Shown here: piece after piece, positions 1 through 9,509 of the stretch | Layout: every line of letters begins with the position of its first letter | Numbering within the stretch: the stretch's first letter is position 1 | From: an uncultured Candidatus Saccharibacteria bacterium | GTDB taxonomy: Bacteria; Patescibacteriota; Minisyncoccia; Phycocordibacterales; UBA6899 | Direction of reading: 5' to 3' | Length of the DNA: 64,000 bases | NCBI GenBank assembly: GCA_964469335.1 | Contig: CAYXYK010000001.1 | Location: forward strand, 14,501-78,500 | Translations under genes and position numbers: made by a program | Notes under the pieces: model-generated | Seen by the model: only the letters and a program-made list of their open reading frames with translations | The model's database searches: none | Told to the model about the DNA's origin: nothing

Positions 1-2190
1 CTCATCATCATTGCAGTGATACTTGTCGTTGCCGCATTCGGTCGCGGCGGGGCACTCGGCGGAAACATCTATGACGCTGTGCACTTCCTGTTCGGCATCG
101 GCTACTATGTCATACCGCTACTGTTCGTGTTGCTCGGTATCAACTTCTTCCGTGCCGGCGGGCACAATGTGACGACCCCCGCACTCATCGCAGGTCCGTT
201 CTTCCTGATCTCGACACTTGGACTCTTTGCACTTATGGATAGTGCGAGCGGAACTGCAGGGCTCGGAGGATTCATCGGCTACTACATCATGACGCCTACA
301 GTGTATCTCTTTGCACCACTCCTGGCCGGTGTGATCCTTGGAGCGATACTCCTTGTTGCAGTGATGATCCTATTCGATACTCCGCTCCATCTCGGTTTCA
401 TGTTCTCATTCTTCAATCTCTTCAAGCGAGGCAAGAGTACCGATGCGGAAGAGGACGACGAAGAGGAGTACGAAGATGACGATGCGGAAGAAGCAGAAGA
501 AGAGAGCGAAGAAGAAGACGAGGAAGAGGAAGAATCGGAGGAAGAGCCGATCGCACAACCTGAACCGGTAAAAGAAACAAAACCGTCATTATTCGCAAAA
601 GCAGCAGAAGCGGTAGCATCAAAGAAAGACAAGTCAGACGAGGTACCGTTCCGCTTCAATTCAACCCTTCACTCGGCATACACCCCTCCCCCGTTATCAC
701 TGCTCGCTGGAGACAGAGGGAAGCCAGGATCAGGTGACGTGAAGGCCAACTCGAACATCATCAAACGCACCCTTCAAAACTTCGGTATCTCCGTCGAAAT
801 GGACGAGATATCACCGGGACCTTCGATCACCCGCTATGCACTGAAACCCGCGGAAGGCGTTAGACTGTCGAAGATCACCGCACTGCAGCACGACCTCGAA
901 CTCGCGCTCGCTGCGGCTCCGATACGCATCGAAGCTCCTATTCCCGGTAAGTCCCTGGTCGGGGTCGAGATCCCGAATACAAGCAAGTCGACGGTCGGAC
1001 TCGGATCACTCCTCAGTGAGAGTACCTGGAGTGAGAACCCGAACCCGCTCTATGTTCCCCTTGGTAAAGGCATATCCGGAATGGCGCAGTTCATGAACCT
1101 CGCAAAGATGCCGCACGTCCTGGTAGCTGGTGCGACCGGTTCCGGTAAATCGGTCACCGTTCACACCATCATCACTTCTCTATTATATAGGAACTCACCG
1201 GAGCAACTGCGCTTCATCATGGTCGACCCGAAACGCGTCGAGCTTACGGCCTACAACGGTATCCCCCACCTCCTCACTCCGGTCATCACCGAGCCAAAGA
1301 AAACGATTCTCACCCTCAAGTGGGCGACAAAGGAGATGGATAGACGCTACGATGTGCTCCAAGAGGAGAAGGTACGCGACATCAGTTCCTATCACAAGAA
1401 CATTCTCCAGCCTGCGCTCGAAAAATATGAGAAGCAGAAAGCAGAGGGTAAATTTGCCCAAGGAGAGGAACCTGAACTTCCTGAACTCATGCCATACATC
1501 GTGGTCATCATCGATGAACTCGCGGACCTGATGCAGGCGTATCCTCGCGAACTCGAGTCAGCAATAGTCCGTCTTGCGCAAATGAGCCGTGCAGTCGGTA
1601 TCCATCTGATCATCGCAACACAGCGTCCTTCGGTGAACGTCATCACCGGGCTCATCAAAGCGAATGTTCCTGCCCGTATCGCACTCCAAGTCGCATCACA
1701 GATCGATTCTCGCACCATTCTCGACATGTCGGGAGCAGAAAATCTCTTAGGAGCAGGAGATATGCTTTATTTGTCCGCCGAACTTCCGAAACCGATCCGC
1801 CTTCAATCTGCATTCATCTCGGAGGGTGAGGTGAAAAGTGTAGTGAAATTCCTCAAAGAACACTATGAAGGAACCTTGGGCGACGAACTAGCACTCTCAT
1901 CGGAGAACAAGAACATGTTCGCCGGTATCCCGGATGAAGTATTCTCGGGCGGCAGCAGTGGTGACGGCGAGGATGATGACGACAAATACGACGAGGCCAA
2001 GGAACTGGTCATGACGACCGGGAAAGCGTCGACGTCGTTCCTGCAGCGCAGACTGGGGCTCGGGTACGCACGTGCCGCCCGTATGATGGACGTACTTGAG
2101 GAACGAGGAGTGATCGGCCCGGGGAATGGGGCCAAGCCGCGCGAAGTCTTGATGCGCTCCGGCGATAGTACCGGCAGTGACGAAGAGTAG
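1..2190 (+). CDS. ftsK: DNA translocase FtsK/SpoIIIE, 5'-partial (reading frame open to window edge)
   Basis: N-terminal TM helices, then an acidic D/E-rich linker, then a motor domain. Walker A GATGSGKS, Walker B VVIIDELAD and a C-terminal gamma-like winged helix (KASTSFLQRRLGLGYARAARMMDVLEERGVI). No in-frame stop upstream of the GTG at 16. Confidence 0.9.
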   Translation, partial: LIIIAVILVVAAFGRGGALGGNIYDAVHFLFGIGYYVIPLLFVLLGINFFRAGGHNVTTPALIAGPFFLISTLGLFALMDSASGTAGLGGFIGYYIMTPTVYLFAPLLAGVILGAILLVAVMILFDTPLHLGFMFSFFNLFKRGKSTDAEEDDEEEYEDDDAEEAEEESEEEDEEEEESEEEPIAQPEPVKETKPSLFAKAAEAVASKKDKSDEVPFRFNSTLHSAYTPPPLSLLAGDRGKPGSGDVKANSNIIKRTLQNFGISVEMDEISPGPSITRYALKPAEGVRLSKITALQHDLELALAAAPIRIEAPIPGKSLVGVEIPNTSKSTVGLGSLLSESTWSENPNPLYVPLGKGISGMAQFMNLAKMPHVLVAGATGSGKSVTVHTIITSLLYRNSPEQLRFIMVDPKRVELTAYNGIPHLLTPVITEPKKTILTLKWATKEMDRRYDVLQEEKVRDISSYHKNILQPALEKYEKQKAEGKFAQGEEPELPELMPYIVVIIDELADLMQAYPRELESAIVRLAQMSRAVGIHLIIATQRPSVNVITGLIKANVPARIALQVASQIDSRTILDMSGAENLLGAGDMLYLSAELPKPIRLQSAFISEGEVKSVVKFLKEHYEGTLGDELALSSENKNMFAGIPDEVFSGGSSGDGEDDDDKYDEAKELVMTTGKASTSFLQRRLGLGYARAARMMDVLEERGVIGPGNGAKPREVLMRSGDSTGSDEE
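442..550 (+). repeat. GAA/GAG-rich DNA encoding an Asp/Glu-only low-complexity linker inside ftsK
   Basis: Translated stretch DAEEDDEEEYEDDDAEEAEEESEEEDEEEEESEEE. Confidence 0.8.
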
Positions 2191-2204
2191 TCGTACATTG
2201 AGCA

Positions 2205-2232
2205 AAAAAGGACGCCATCGGCGTCCTTTTTG
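2205..2232. terminator. Rho-independent terminator hairpin between convergent ftsK and the membrane-protein gene
   Basis: aaaaaggacgcc-atcg-gcgtccttttt: GC stem flanked by an A-run and a T-run. Confidence 0.6.
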
Positions 2233-2239
2233 TATGATC

Positions 2240-2590
2240 CTACTTATTGCCGCTCTCTTCGAGATGGAAACTGTGAAGAAAGCGATGAACGATCGGCGCA
2301 AAGATAATACCGATGGTCGTTACGAGCGCAAAACCACTATAGAGCGCATACCATCCTGCGAATATCTTGCTGGAGTCATTGTGGAGTTCTGAAAATGGAC
2401 CCATCCCGGCTAATATCATCGCTGCGTTCACGAACGAGTCCACCCAATTGAGTCCCTCAAAGTAGTGGTAGCCGAACATCCCGAACCAAAGTGAAGTAAG
2501 TATGACCAATGAACCCGTCGCGACACTGGTGAGCATTCGTCGAACGAATAGCCTGGGGTGCAGCAATGGACTTTTGTGGTGTTCGTACAT
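2240..2590 (-). CDS. small 2-TM membrane protein with an ion-channel pore-helix-like segment (degenerate filter)
   Basis: TM1, then LNWVDSFVNAAMILAGMGPF (pore-helix/filter-like, not TVGYGD), then TM2. About 116 aa. Confidence 0.45.
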   Translation of the reverse strand: MYEHHKSPLLHPRLFVRRMLTSVATGSLVILTSLWFGMFGYHYFEGLNWVDSFVNAAMILAGMGPFSELHNDSSKIFAGWYALYSGFALVTTIGIIFAPIVHRFLHSFHLEESGNK

Positions 2591-2673
2591 AAAGATATTG
2601 TAGCAGAAAGTGGAAATTCGAGAGACAAAAACCGCCCCCTTTTTTTCGCAGGTGGGCGGTCAACGAGTGGGGA

Positions 2674-2946
2674 TTATCTCTTGCGAGCCCGCGCAGCACG
2701 TTTACGCTTCTTTTTGGCGGCTTCGCGGCGCGTTGCGGCTACTCCACGACTGCCCTTTTCCGAAGGGACGGGGTAAGCTGGTCCTTCACCCAGGCCAAGT
2801 AGACCGGGAACCCCTGCGAACCCGGCACTCGAAAATGCGAGTGTCATGAGAGCGAGAGAGACGATGGGGCGATACCTTGGTCTGTACATGTTCCTCCTAA
2901 GAGTGCTGTTGGTAGTGAGAAGTCTGAAAATCACCATATCACTCAT
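2674..2946 (-). CDS. hypothetical small exported protein with a Lys/Arg-rich C-terminus
   Basis: Hydrophobic signal-like segment IVSLALMTLAFSSAGFAG, then a basic tail. Preceded on the minus strand by the hairpin at 2627-2650 with a T-run. Confidence 0.3.
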   Translation of the reverse strand: MSDMVIFRLLTTNSTLRRNMYRPRYRPIVSLALMTLAFSSAGFAGVPGLLGLGEGPAYPVPSEKGSRGVAATRREAAKKKRKRAARARKR

Positions 2947-2997
2947 TTGGGTGAAGTCAACGTCACAGCTGACCCTGAGTCATGTATATATAGAGTA

Positions 2998-3420
2998 ATG
3001 TTTTGGAACCTCAAGCGCGTCCTCACGACCCTGTTAGTCGTCATATTTGCCGGAACTATTTTCTACTATGCGTATTTCCAATCACGTGGGATTATTGCGG
3101 GCCCGACCATTGTCCTCACGACCCCCCATGACGGAGATGAGATCACTACTCCCCTTGTGCATGTCCAAGGCACGGCAGAACGAGCGAAAGAACTCACCCT
3201 TGACGGAAGAGCTATTTTTGTTGATCTTTCAGGGAATTTCGACGAACAATTGTTGCTCTATCCCGGCTATAATATAATTGAACTAGCAGCAAAAGACGCC
3301 GACGGGCGCGAGGAGAAGAAGACGATCGGGATCGTGTGGAGCGGGACGACCAGCCCCGCTCACCTCCCTGCTTCAATTCCCGCACCCCGAAATGCAACCG
3401 GTACACCCAAGATCGATTAA
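2998..3420 (+). CDS. hypothetical membrane-anchored protein
   Basis: ORF-track ORF 2947..3420; likely start is MFWNLKRV at 2998, followed by one TM helix. No recognisable domain. Confidence 0.45.
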   Translation: MFWNLKRVLTTLLVVIFAGTIFYYAYFQSRGIIAGPTIVLTTPHDGDEITTPLVHVQGTAERAKELTLDGRAIFVDLSGNFDEQLLLYPGYNIIELAAKDADGREEKKTIGIVWSGTTSPAHLPASIPAPRNATGTPKID

Positions 3421-3439
3421 TCAATAAACATACATTCAT

Positions 3440-4525
3440 ATGGCGGGATTCGTAAAGAAAGTAAAAAAAGAGAAGTCAGAAGCAGAACGAAGCGGTTCAG
3501 TAGGAATCGAGGCGACCATCAAGTCGATCCAGACGAAATTCGGCGAAGGTGCGATCATCAAACTCGGAGATCAGCCGAAAGTGAACATTGATGCGATCTC
3601 GACCGGCTCTATCGGCCTCGATCATGCGCTTGGAGTAGGCGGTATCCCCCAAGGACGTATCATTGAGATATTCGGTCCTGAGTCATCAGGAAAGACAACG
3701 CTCGCGCTCCACGTTGTCGCAGAAGCCCAAAAGAAGGGTGGTATCGCGGCATTCATTGATGCCGAACACGCACTCGATCCAGAATATGCGAAGAAGCTCG
3801 GCGTGAAGATCGACCAGCTCCTTGTCTCACAGCCGGACACCGGAGAACAGGCCCTCGAGATCTGTGAATCACTGGTTCGTTCCGGCAATCTCGACGTAAT
3901 CGTCATTGATTCTGTCGCTGCACTCACACCGAAGGATGAGATCGAGGGAGACATGGGAGCACAGCATGTCGGCAAGCAGGCACGCCTGATGTCGCAAGCA
4001 CTCCGCAAGCTCACCGCCATCGTCTCAAAGACTCACACCGTGGTCATCTTCATCAATCAGATTCGCATGCAGATTGGAGTGATGTTCGGCAACCCTGAGA
4101 CAACCCCAGGAGGAAAGGCACTCAAATTCTATACCTCGGTGCGTATCGACATACGCAAGATCGCACAAATAAAGAAAGGAGAAGATGTCATCGGGAGCCG
4201 CACCCGTGCGAAGGTCGTAAAGAACAAAGTCGCGGCGCCATTCAAACAGGCGGAGTTCGATCTCGTATACAACGAAGGTATCTCGCGCGAATCAGAGCTT
4301 CTGATGTTCGGAGAGAAGTATGGCATCATCACCAAATCCGGATCATCGTACTCTTACGGTGAAGTGAAGCTCGGGCGCGGGTATGATTCTGCTCGCCTAT
4401 TCCTCCGCGACAATAAGTCTGTCTCGAAGGATATCCTCAAAGAGATCCAAAAAAAGATGAAGGAGGATTCTTCATTCTCGATTGCACCTTCAAAGGAAGA
4501 CCTTGATGAAGGCTCCCCAGAGTAA
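3440..4525 (+). CDS. recA: recombinase RecA
   Basis: Walker [23 protein letters not shown], the L2 loop region, and full-length collinearity with RecA. Confidence 0.97.
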   Translation: MAGFVKKVKKEKSEAERSGSVGIEATIKSIQTKFGEGAIIKLGDQPKVNIDAISTGSIGLDHALGVGGIPQGRIIEIFGPESSGKTTLALHVVAEAQKKGGIAAFIDAEHALDPEYAKKLGVKIDQLLVSQPDTGEQALEICESLVRSGNLDVIVIDSVAALTPKDEIEGDMGAQHVGKQARLMSQALRKLTAIVSKTHTVVIFINQIRMQIGVMFGNPETTPGGKALKFYTSVRIDIRKIAQIKKGEDVIGSRTRAKVVKNKVAAPFKQAEFDLVYNEGISRESELLMFGEKYGIITKSGSSYSYGEVKLGRGYDSARLFLRDNKSVSKDILKEIQKKMKEDSSFSIAPSKEDLDEGSPE

Positions 4526-4710
4526 AATCCTTGTAACTGGCGAACTTCTTCTTTGGCTTCAGCCGCGAATTCCATCACCGTATCAGTTATACGGCTCAGG
4601 AATATCGCTCCCTTGCCGCCTCAAATTTCATCCATTTCCAAGGACTTTCGATTAGTTACAAGGTTTCGCATCTCATCCCGAAACAAAATTATTCACAAAA
4701 AGAAATAGGT

Positions 4711-4745
4711 AAGCAAAACAACACCCCAGGGTGTTGTTTTGCTTA
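4711..4745. terminator. Rho-independent terminator hairpin
   Basis: aagcaaaacaacaccc-cagg-gtgttgttttgctt, a perfect inverted repeat. Confidence 0.6.
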
Positions 4746-4769
4746 TGAATAGATTCAAGGATTCCAGAT

Positions 4770-5105
4770 TCATAGCCAAGCCTGAGAGCGCTTGCGAGAC
4801 ATGTCATAGCTGATCCATGCTATCAACCCCACGATACCAGAAAGAAGCGCGAGTGCGGTCGCTTCCGCATTCATGAGTGCGGATTGGTAGAAGAGGATGT
4901 CGCTCTTGATGTCGAACAGACTGGGGGCGTTGGCGATGACGTTCGCATAGGAAACATACAAGGTTGAACGCCAAAAGAACACACTAACGATAAGTGCCTT
5001 GAGGAACACCGGATGAAGTAGATAACGAATAGCAGCGACCAAGTAGACACGGCGCATGATGCGGCGAGTCAGGGCGGAATCCATTTTTTCTTTCGTTGTT
5101 TCCAT
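4770..5105 (-). CDS. putative membrane anti-sigma factor (hypothetical)
   Basis: Small protein with 2-3 TM helices immediately downstream of, and co-oriented with, the ECF sigma gene (6-nt gap). Confidence 0.4.
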   Translation of the reverse strand: METTKEKMDSALTRRIMRRVYLVAAIRYLLHPVFLKALIVSVFFWRSTLYVSYANVIANAPSLFDIKSDILFYQSALMNAEATALALLSGIVGLIAWISYDMSRKRSQAWL

Positions 5106-5110
5106 AAATA

Positions 5111-5707
5111 TTATGATGACGCACCGCCTTCTTCGAGCAACTTCTGAAATTCTCTCTTCGCACGATATATCTTCGTCTTAATCGCAGACACAGTCGATCC
5201 CTCCATCTCCGCGATCTCCTTTTGGGAATATTCGTCAATGAAGTGCATTCGAAGAGGTCTAGCAAGCTGCGATGGCATTCTTGAGAGGAATGAGGCGACA
5301 TAGTCACGCATCGTCTCCTCGTGTGAATAATTCGCGGGGTCAGGGAGTGTCTCGTAAAATTCGGGCTCGAGTTCTACGTGTGTCGCTCCCTTCTTTTTTA
5401 ACTTCTGGTAATGCGTAAAGGTCGTATTCATCAGGATCTTATACCCCCACGACTTGAATGTGGCACCGGGGACCGGCTGGAAACGTCGGGCATTGAAATA
5501 AATCTTGGTGAAGGTTTCCTGGACAATATCTTCGGCCTCTTCCCTGCTTCGGACCACACTTTCAGCTTTACGCAGGAATGCATCCTGATAGCGCGAAACA
5601 AGCACTGCGAAAAGACTCGGGTGCGTCAAGGAACGCTCAAGGACCACCTCATCTTTGAGATCTTCAATTTTTTCCTCGTGCTCATCGAGTAACATTGCCT
5701 TTATCAT
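5111..5707 (-). CDS. RNA polymerase sigma-70 family (ECF-like) sigma factor
   Basis: Region 2 (DIVQETFTKIY...FKSWGYKI) and a region-4 helix-turn-helix (YSQKEIAEMEGSTVSAIKTKIYRAKREF). Confidence 0.8.
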   Translation of the reverse strand: MIKAMLLDEHEEKIEDLKDEVVLERSLTHPSLFAVLVSRYQDAFLRKAESVVRSREEAEDIVQETFTKIYFNARRFQPVPGATFKSWGYKILMNTTFTHYQKLKKKGATHVELEPEFYETLPDPANYSHEETMRDYVASFLSRMPSQLARPLRMHFIDEYSQKEIAEMEGSTVSAIKTKIYRAKREFQKLLEEGGASS

Positions 5708-5843
5708 GTTCCAGATGTGCTATTTCTGCAAGTTCTCGCTTTTCAAGCCGTACATACATCTACTATAACGTCTCCATTCAGCAGAATGTCGCACTTAATG
5801 GCGGCTTGCCTTTTTTCAAAATACGGCTTAGAATAGCCATACT

Positions 5844-6413
5844 ATGCTTACTTACAGTGAAATCTTACCCAAAAAGATCATCTTAATCGATGACCAGCCT
5901 TACGAAGTACTAGACGCGCACGTTTTCCAAAAGCAAAAATCCCGTCCGGTGAACCACACCAAGGTGAAGAATCTGCTCTCTGGAAGCGTAAAAGAAGTAG
6001 TTTTCCACCAATTTGAAAAAGCAGAGGAAGCCGATATGGGCTCCAAGGAAGTGAAGTATCTTTTTCTCAATCGCGGCGAATACACTTTCTGCGACGCAAA
6101 AGACCCGTCAGATCGCTTCAAGCTCACTGACGCCCAACTTGGCGCAAATATCAAGTATATCAAACCGAACACGATTGTTGACGCGACGACATTTAACGGA
6201 GACATTATCGGACTTCGCTACCCCATTAAAGTAGAGCTCAAGGTCACTGAAGCAGCTCCTGCGGTACGTGGTAATACCTCCGGCAATGCAACAAAGATCG
6301 TGACACTTGAGACTGGGGCAACAGTGAACGTCCCGATGTTCATCAATGAAGGTGACATTCTCAGGATAAATACTGACACGGGTGAGTATACTGAGCGAGT
6401 AGAGAAGGCGTAA
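5844..6413 (+). CDS. efp: elongation factor P
   Basis: 189 aa with three OB/KOW-like domains and characteristic EF-P collinearity (…HVFQKQKSRPVNHTKVKNLLSGSV…). Confidence 0.93.
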   Translation: MLTYSEILPKKIILIDDQPYEVLDAHVFQKQKSRPVNHTKVKNLLSGSVKEVVFHQFEKAEEADMGSKEVKYLFLNRGEYTFCDAKDPSDRFKLTDAQLGANIKYIKPNTIVDATTFNGDIIGLRYPIKVELKVTEAAPAVRGNTSGNATKIVTLETGATVNVPMFINEGDILRINTDTGEYTERVEKA

Positions 6414-6445
6414 CAAAAAACACCCCGCTTGGGGTGTTTTTTGTT
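6412..6445. terminator. bidirectional terminator hairpin (member of a repeated hairpin family)
   Basis: aacaaaaaacacccc-gctt-ggggtgttttttgtt. Confidence 0.65.
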
Positions 6446-7310
6446 ACTTACGCGAGCCGGTCACCGAGCCCATCGATATCTCGGGGGCATCGTTAAGAAT
6501 CAGTGTAGGCGAGATCCCCTTCTCGGTAATGACGATTTTGGCGTTATTCTTGAGAGAATTCTCGGTCACTTCAAGAGTTCGCAAGAGTTGAGCATTCCCG
6601 ACGAATGACTTGTTGATCAGATCGAATGCTGCGGACTTTCCTTCTGCCTCAAGGATCGCTGCTTGCTTAGTTCCTTCTGCTGCCTTAATCGCCGCTCTGC
6701 GAAGACCGTCTGCCTCCGTCTCTTTTGCAGTAGCAAAATCGACGGCAGAGCGCTTTGCGTTCTCGGCGATAATGACCTGATTCATCGTTTCCTGCACCAC
6801 CTTCGGAGGAGTGATCTCTTTAAGTTCGACGCGCACGACATCAACACCCCATTTGTCTGTCTGCGCAGCAAGAAGACTACGAAGCTCATCATTGAGCACT
6901 GCACGTTTCGAATTCACATCTGCGAATGTCATGCCGCCGATGACATTTCTTGCTGTGGTTCTAGAAAGTACTTCTATCTGCAAAACGACATCATCAACCT
7001 CATAAAATGCATTTTTTACACTTTCTGCGTCGGAGCGAATGCGATAGAAGACGACAAGGTCGACAAGAGCATTGAGGTTATCCTTCGTGATGATCTCCTG
7101 CGGTTCGATCTGCGACATGGTCTCGGTCACATTGAGCGTACGCACCGTCTGAACGAGCGGGAATACCCAACAAAGCCCCGCATCAAGACTCTTCGTGTAC
7201 TTACCGAATGTCTCAACCACGCCACGGCGTTTTTGCCCGACAATACGGAAACCGCTAAAGATGAAAAAAACGAGAACGGCTATCACTATCCATACATTGG
7301 GGGTAATCAT
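6444..7310 (-). CDS. SPFH/band-7 (stomatin/prohibitin/HflKC-like) membrane protein
   Basis: N-terminal TM helix, then an SPFH domain, then a coiled-coil A/E/K-rich region. Confidence 0.85.
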   Translation of the reverse strand: MITPNVWIVIAVLVFFIFSGFRIVGQKRRGVVETFGKYTKSLDAGLCWVFPLVQTVRTLNVTETMSQIEPQEIITKDNLNALVDLVVFYRIRSDAESVKNAFYEVDDVVLQIEVLSRTTARNVIGGMTFADVNSKRAVLNDELRSLLAAQTDKWGVDVVRVELKEITPPKVVQETMNQVIIAENAKRSAVDFATAKETEADGLRRAAIKAAEGTKQAAILEAEGKSAAFDLINKSFVGNAQLLRTLEVTENSLKNNAKIVITEKGISPTLILNDAPEISMGSVTGSRK

Positions 7311-7350
7311 ATGAGCACATTATCGCACCACTTCGCAAATTTCACAAAGC

Positions 7351-7403
7351 AGTATGCATAACAAAAAACACCCCTGATGGAGTGTTTTTTGTTATGCATA
7401 CTG
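7351..7403. terminator. terminator hairpin with a 21-bp perfect stem, near-identical core to 6412-6445
   Basis: agtatgcataacaaaaaacacccc...gtgttttttgttatgcatact. Confidence 0.65.
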
Positions 7404-7404
7404 C

Positions 7405-7611
7405 TTACGCAGCGATATAAGGAAGGAGCCCCATGAAGCGTGATCGCTTCACTGCAAGTGCAAGTGCGCGCTGCTGCTTTGCAGAGAGCCCTGTACGGCG
7501 TGAGGTCATCACTTGCCCATGCGGAGTGAGGAACATGCGGAGTAGTTCCACATCCTTGTAGTCAACATACTTGATGTTATTTGCCGAAAGGTAATCTTGT
7601 TGTTTTTTCAT
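7405..7611 (-). CDS. rpsR: 30S ribosomal protein S18
   Basis: 68 aa with the S18 motif (…FLTPHGQVMTSRRTGLSAKQQRALALAVKRSRFMGLLPY). Confidence 0.93.
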   Translation of the reverse strand: MKKQQDYLSANNIKYVDYKDVELLRMFLTPHGQVMTSRRTGLSAKQQRALALAVKRSRFMGLLPYIAA

Positions 7612-7620
7612 ACTTATTGT

Positions 7621-8112
7621 TTAGAAAGGGATATCATCTGGATTAATGTCTTCGTCAGGATACTCGATCGTATCAAGCTCTGCGGGTGCCTGAGCACCTT
7701 GGCGAGGTGCGGATTTTGAGCTTGCTGACGCAGCTCCCGCGGCATGCTCTCCCCCACTCACTACACTACCACCAGAACTCGAACCTCCCTTCGGCCCGAA
7801 CTGGATCGTATCAGCGATGATCTCAGTACGGTACTTCTTTGTGCCGTCCTTGTCATCCCAGCTTCTGGTCTGGATACGCCCCTCGACGTACACAGCTGAA
7901 CCTTTTCGTAGATACTGCGACACGGTCTCAGCTTGGCGGGCGAACACCACGATATTGTGATAGTCGACAGATTCCTGCTTTACTCCGTTCTTATCCTTGT
8001 AGACACGGTTGGTCGCGACAGAGAATGAGGTGACCGGTGTTCCGTTCGGAAGTGCGCGCATCTCCGGGTCTCTGGTGAGATTGCCGTAGATCATTGCTTT
8101 ATTAATGTACAT
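7621..8112 (-). CDS. ssb: single-stranded DNA-binding protein
   Basis: OB fold, Gly/Ser-rich linker and an acidic C-terminal tip DDIPF. Confidence 0.95.
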   Translation of the reverse strand: MYINKAMIYGNLTRDPEMRALPNGTPVTSFSVATNRVYKDKNGVKQESVDYHNIVVFARQAETVSQYLRKGSAVYVEGRIQTRSWDDKDGTKKYRTEIIADTIQFGPKGGSSSGGSVVSGGEHAAGAASASSKSAPRQGAQAPAELDTIEYPDEDINPDDIPF

Positions 8113-8125
8113 ACGGGTTTGAGAA

Positions 8126-8620
8126 TTAGCTGATCACCAAATCTTCAATGGTTTTGTCGAGCTCCTCTTCGGAAAGCGCAGGCTTGTCTTCGACTTTGTC
8201 TGCTGGCTTCTCCGGAGCTTCCTCTCCACGTTTTACCTGAAGTGCCTTCTTTGGCGCCATCGTGTTCTCACGGACGGTCTTCACTAATATGAAGCGGAGA
8301 ACGTGATCATCTGCTTTCAACTCTGCATCGATCGCCTTGATGTCCTTCGGGTCGACTTCGAACTTGATCCAGCCAAAATACGCACTACGATAGAGTGCAC
8401 GTTTATTCGACGCGACCTTTGTCATCGCGTAGGTGAGCTCCATGTGGCGCGGAAATTCGTCCGCGATCACATGCCCACCTTTACCCTCAATAACATCACG
8501 GATCGCCGTGACGCGCGCGCCAACGCCGTCCTCTGGGACAGTGGGCACGATATGGAAGCCGACTTCGTAGATCTTAGGATCGTTCGGGATGGCTTCGATA
8601 CTTATTTCTTTATTTGTCAT
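8126..8620 (-). CDS. rpsF: 30S ribosomal protein S6 with an extended acidic C-terminus
   Basis: Position in the conserved rpsF-ssb-rpsR array, plus S6-like N-terminal fold motifs (YEVGFHIV, LRFILVK). Confidence 0.8.
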   Translation of the reverse strand: MTNKEISIEAIPNDPKIYEVGFHIVPTVPEDGVGARVTAIRDVIEGKGGHVIADEFPRHMELTYAMTKVASNKRALYRSAYFGWIKFEVDPKDIKAIDAELKADDHVLRFILVKTVRENTMAPKKALQVKRGEEAPEKPADKVEDKPALSEEELDKTIEDLVIS

Positions 8621-8697
8621 AATGAACGGATACTAACAGAGAACCGCGGAATTGTCTACAGCGGCTCCACAGAGCGGTTTTTTGGCTTTATTTAGGG

Positions 8698-9501
8698 CTA
8701 TTTCAGCCTGAATTCCCGGAAAGCATTCTCCACGAGCGCTCTCCTGACCTTTTCCTCATCCTCCCCCCTTATCTCTGCGATCCGCTTTACCGTCTCGGAG
8801 ACATAGGACGGTTCATTTCGCTTGCCTCGATATGTCTTGGGTGCGACGTATGGAGCGTCAGTCTCCGACATAATCCTTTCGAGTGGAATAAACCGTACGA
8901 CCTCATCGTAGTCTCCAGAAAATGTCAGCACTCCGGTGTACGACATAGTGAATCCCTTATCAAGAAAACGTCTCGCGATATCGACATTCCCCACAAAGAA
9001 GTGCACATTGCCGACCACATTCGGGTGTTCACTCAAGATTTCGAGCACATCTTCATATGCGTCCATGCTCCCCTTCCTTGGTCTGCCGTGGATCATCAAT
9101 GGCTTCCCTGACTTTTCGGCCACGTATATCTGCTTCTTGAACAATTCGCGTTGTCGTTTCTTCTCGCCTTCTTCCCCATTTGGCCAGGCATCGTGTTCGG
9201 GCCAATAGTAGTCGAGGCCACACTCGCCGATCGCAATCACCCGAGGATGCGCTGCCATCTTTTCGTATGTCATCAGGTCGAACTCTTCTTTGTGATTATC
9301 AGTCGGGTGAAGCCCGATGGTTGCCCACAGATCGGGGTTCGCTTCAGCAAGCCTTATTGCATGCTTTGACATCTCTAGGTCAGTGCCCACGACGATACTC
9401 TTTGTCTTCGCTTCGCGCATGCGAACGAGCACGTCGTCGAGATCAGCGATGAATCGACTATCGTTCAGGTGTGAATGGATATCGAAATACTCTGTAATCA
9501 T
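8698..9501 (-). CDS. tatD: TatD-family metal-dependent hydrolase (DNase)
   Basis: HSHLND, IGECGLDY, HGR, VHFF and ETDAPY metal-binding motifs. Conserved metG-tatD linkage. Confidence 0.9.
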   Translation of the reverse strand: MITEYFDIHSHLNDSRFIADLDDVLVRMREAKTKSIVVGTDLEMSKHAIRLAEANPDLWATIGLHPTDNHKEEFDLMTYEKMAAHPRVIAIGECGLDYYWPEHDAWPNGEEGEKKRQRELFKKQIYVAEKSGKPLMIHGRPRKGSMDAYEDVLEILSEHPNVVGNVHFFVGNVDIARRFLDKGFTMSYTGVLTFSGDYDEVVRFIPLERIMSETDAPYVAPKTYRGKRNEPSYVSETVKRIAEIRGEDEEKVRRALVENAFREFRLK

Positions 9502-9509
9502 GGGAAAAA

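Noticed and set aside
16-2190. Treating the FtsK ORF as complete, with a GTG start at 16.
   Set aside because: The frame stays open to position 1 with no upstream stop, and only about 3-4 TM helices are present. The gene most likely continues beyond the window edge and is called 5'-partial.
6663-7361. 232-aa plus-strand ORF antisense to the SPFH gene (likewise 8303..8695, 18503..18937, 23700..24668, 34620..35282 and similar long antisense ORFs).
   Set aside because: They overlap confidently identified genes on the opposite strand and translate to motif-free, Cys/Arg-skewed sequences. These are typical shadow ORFs.
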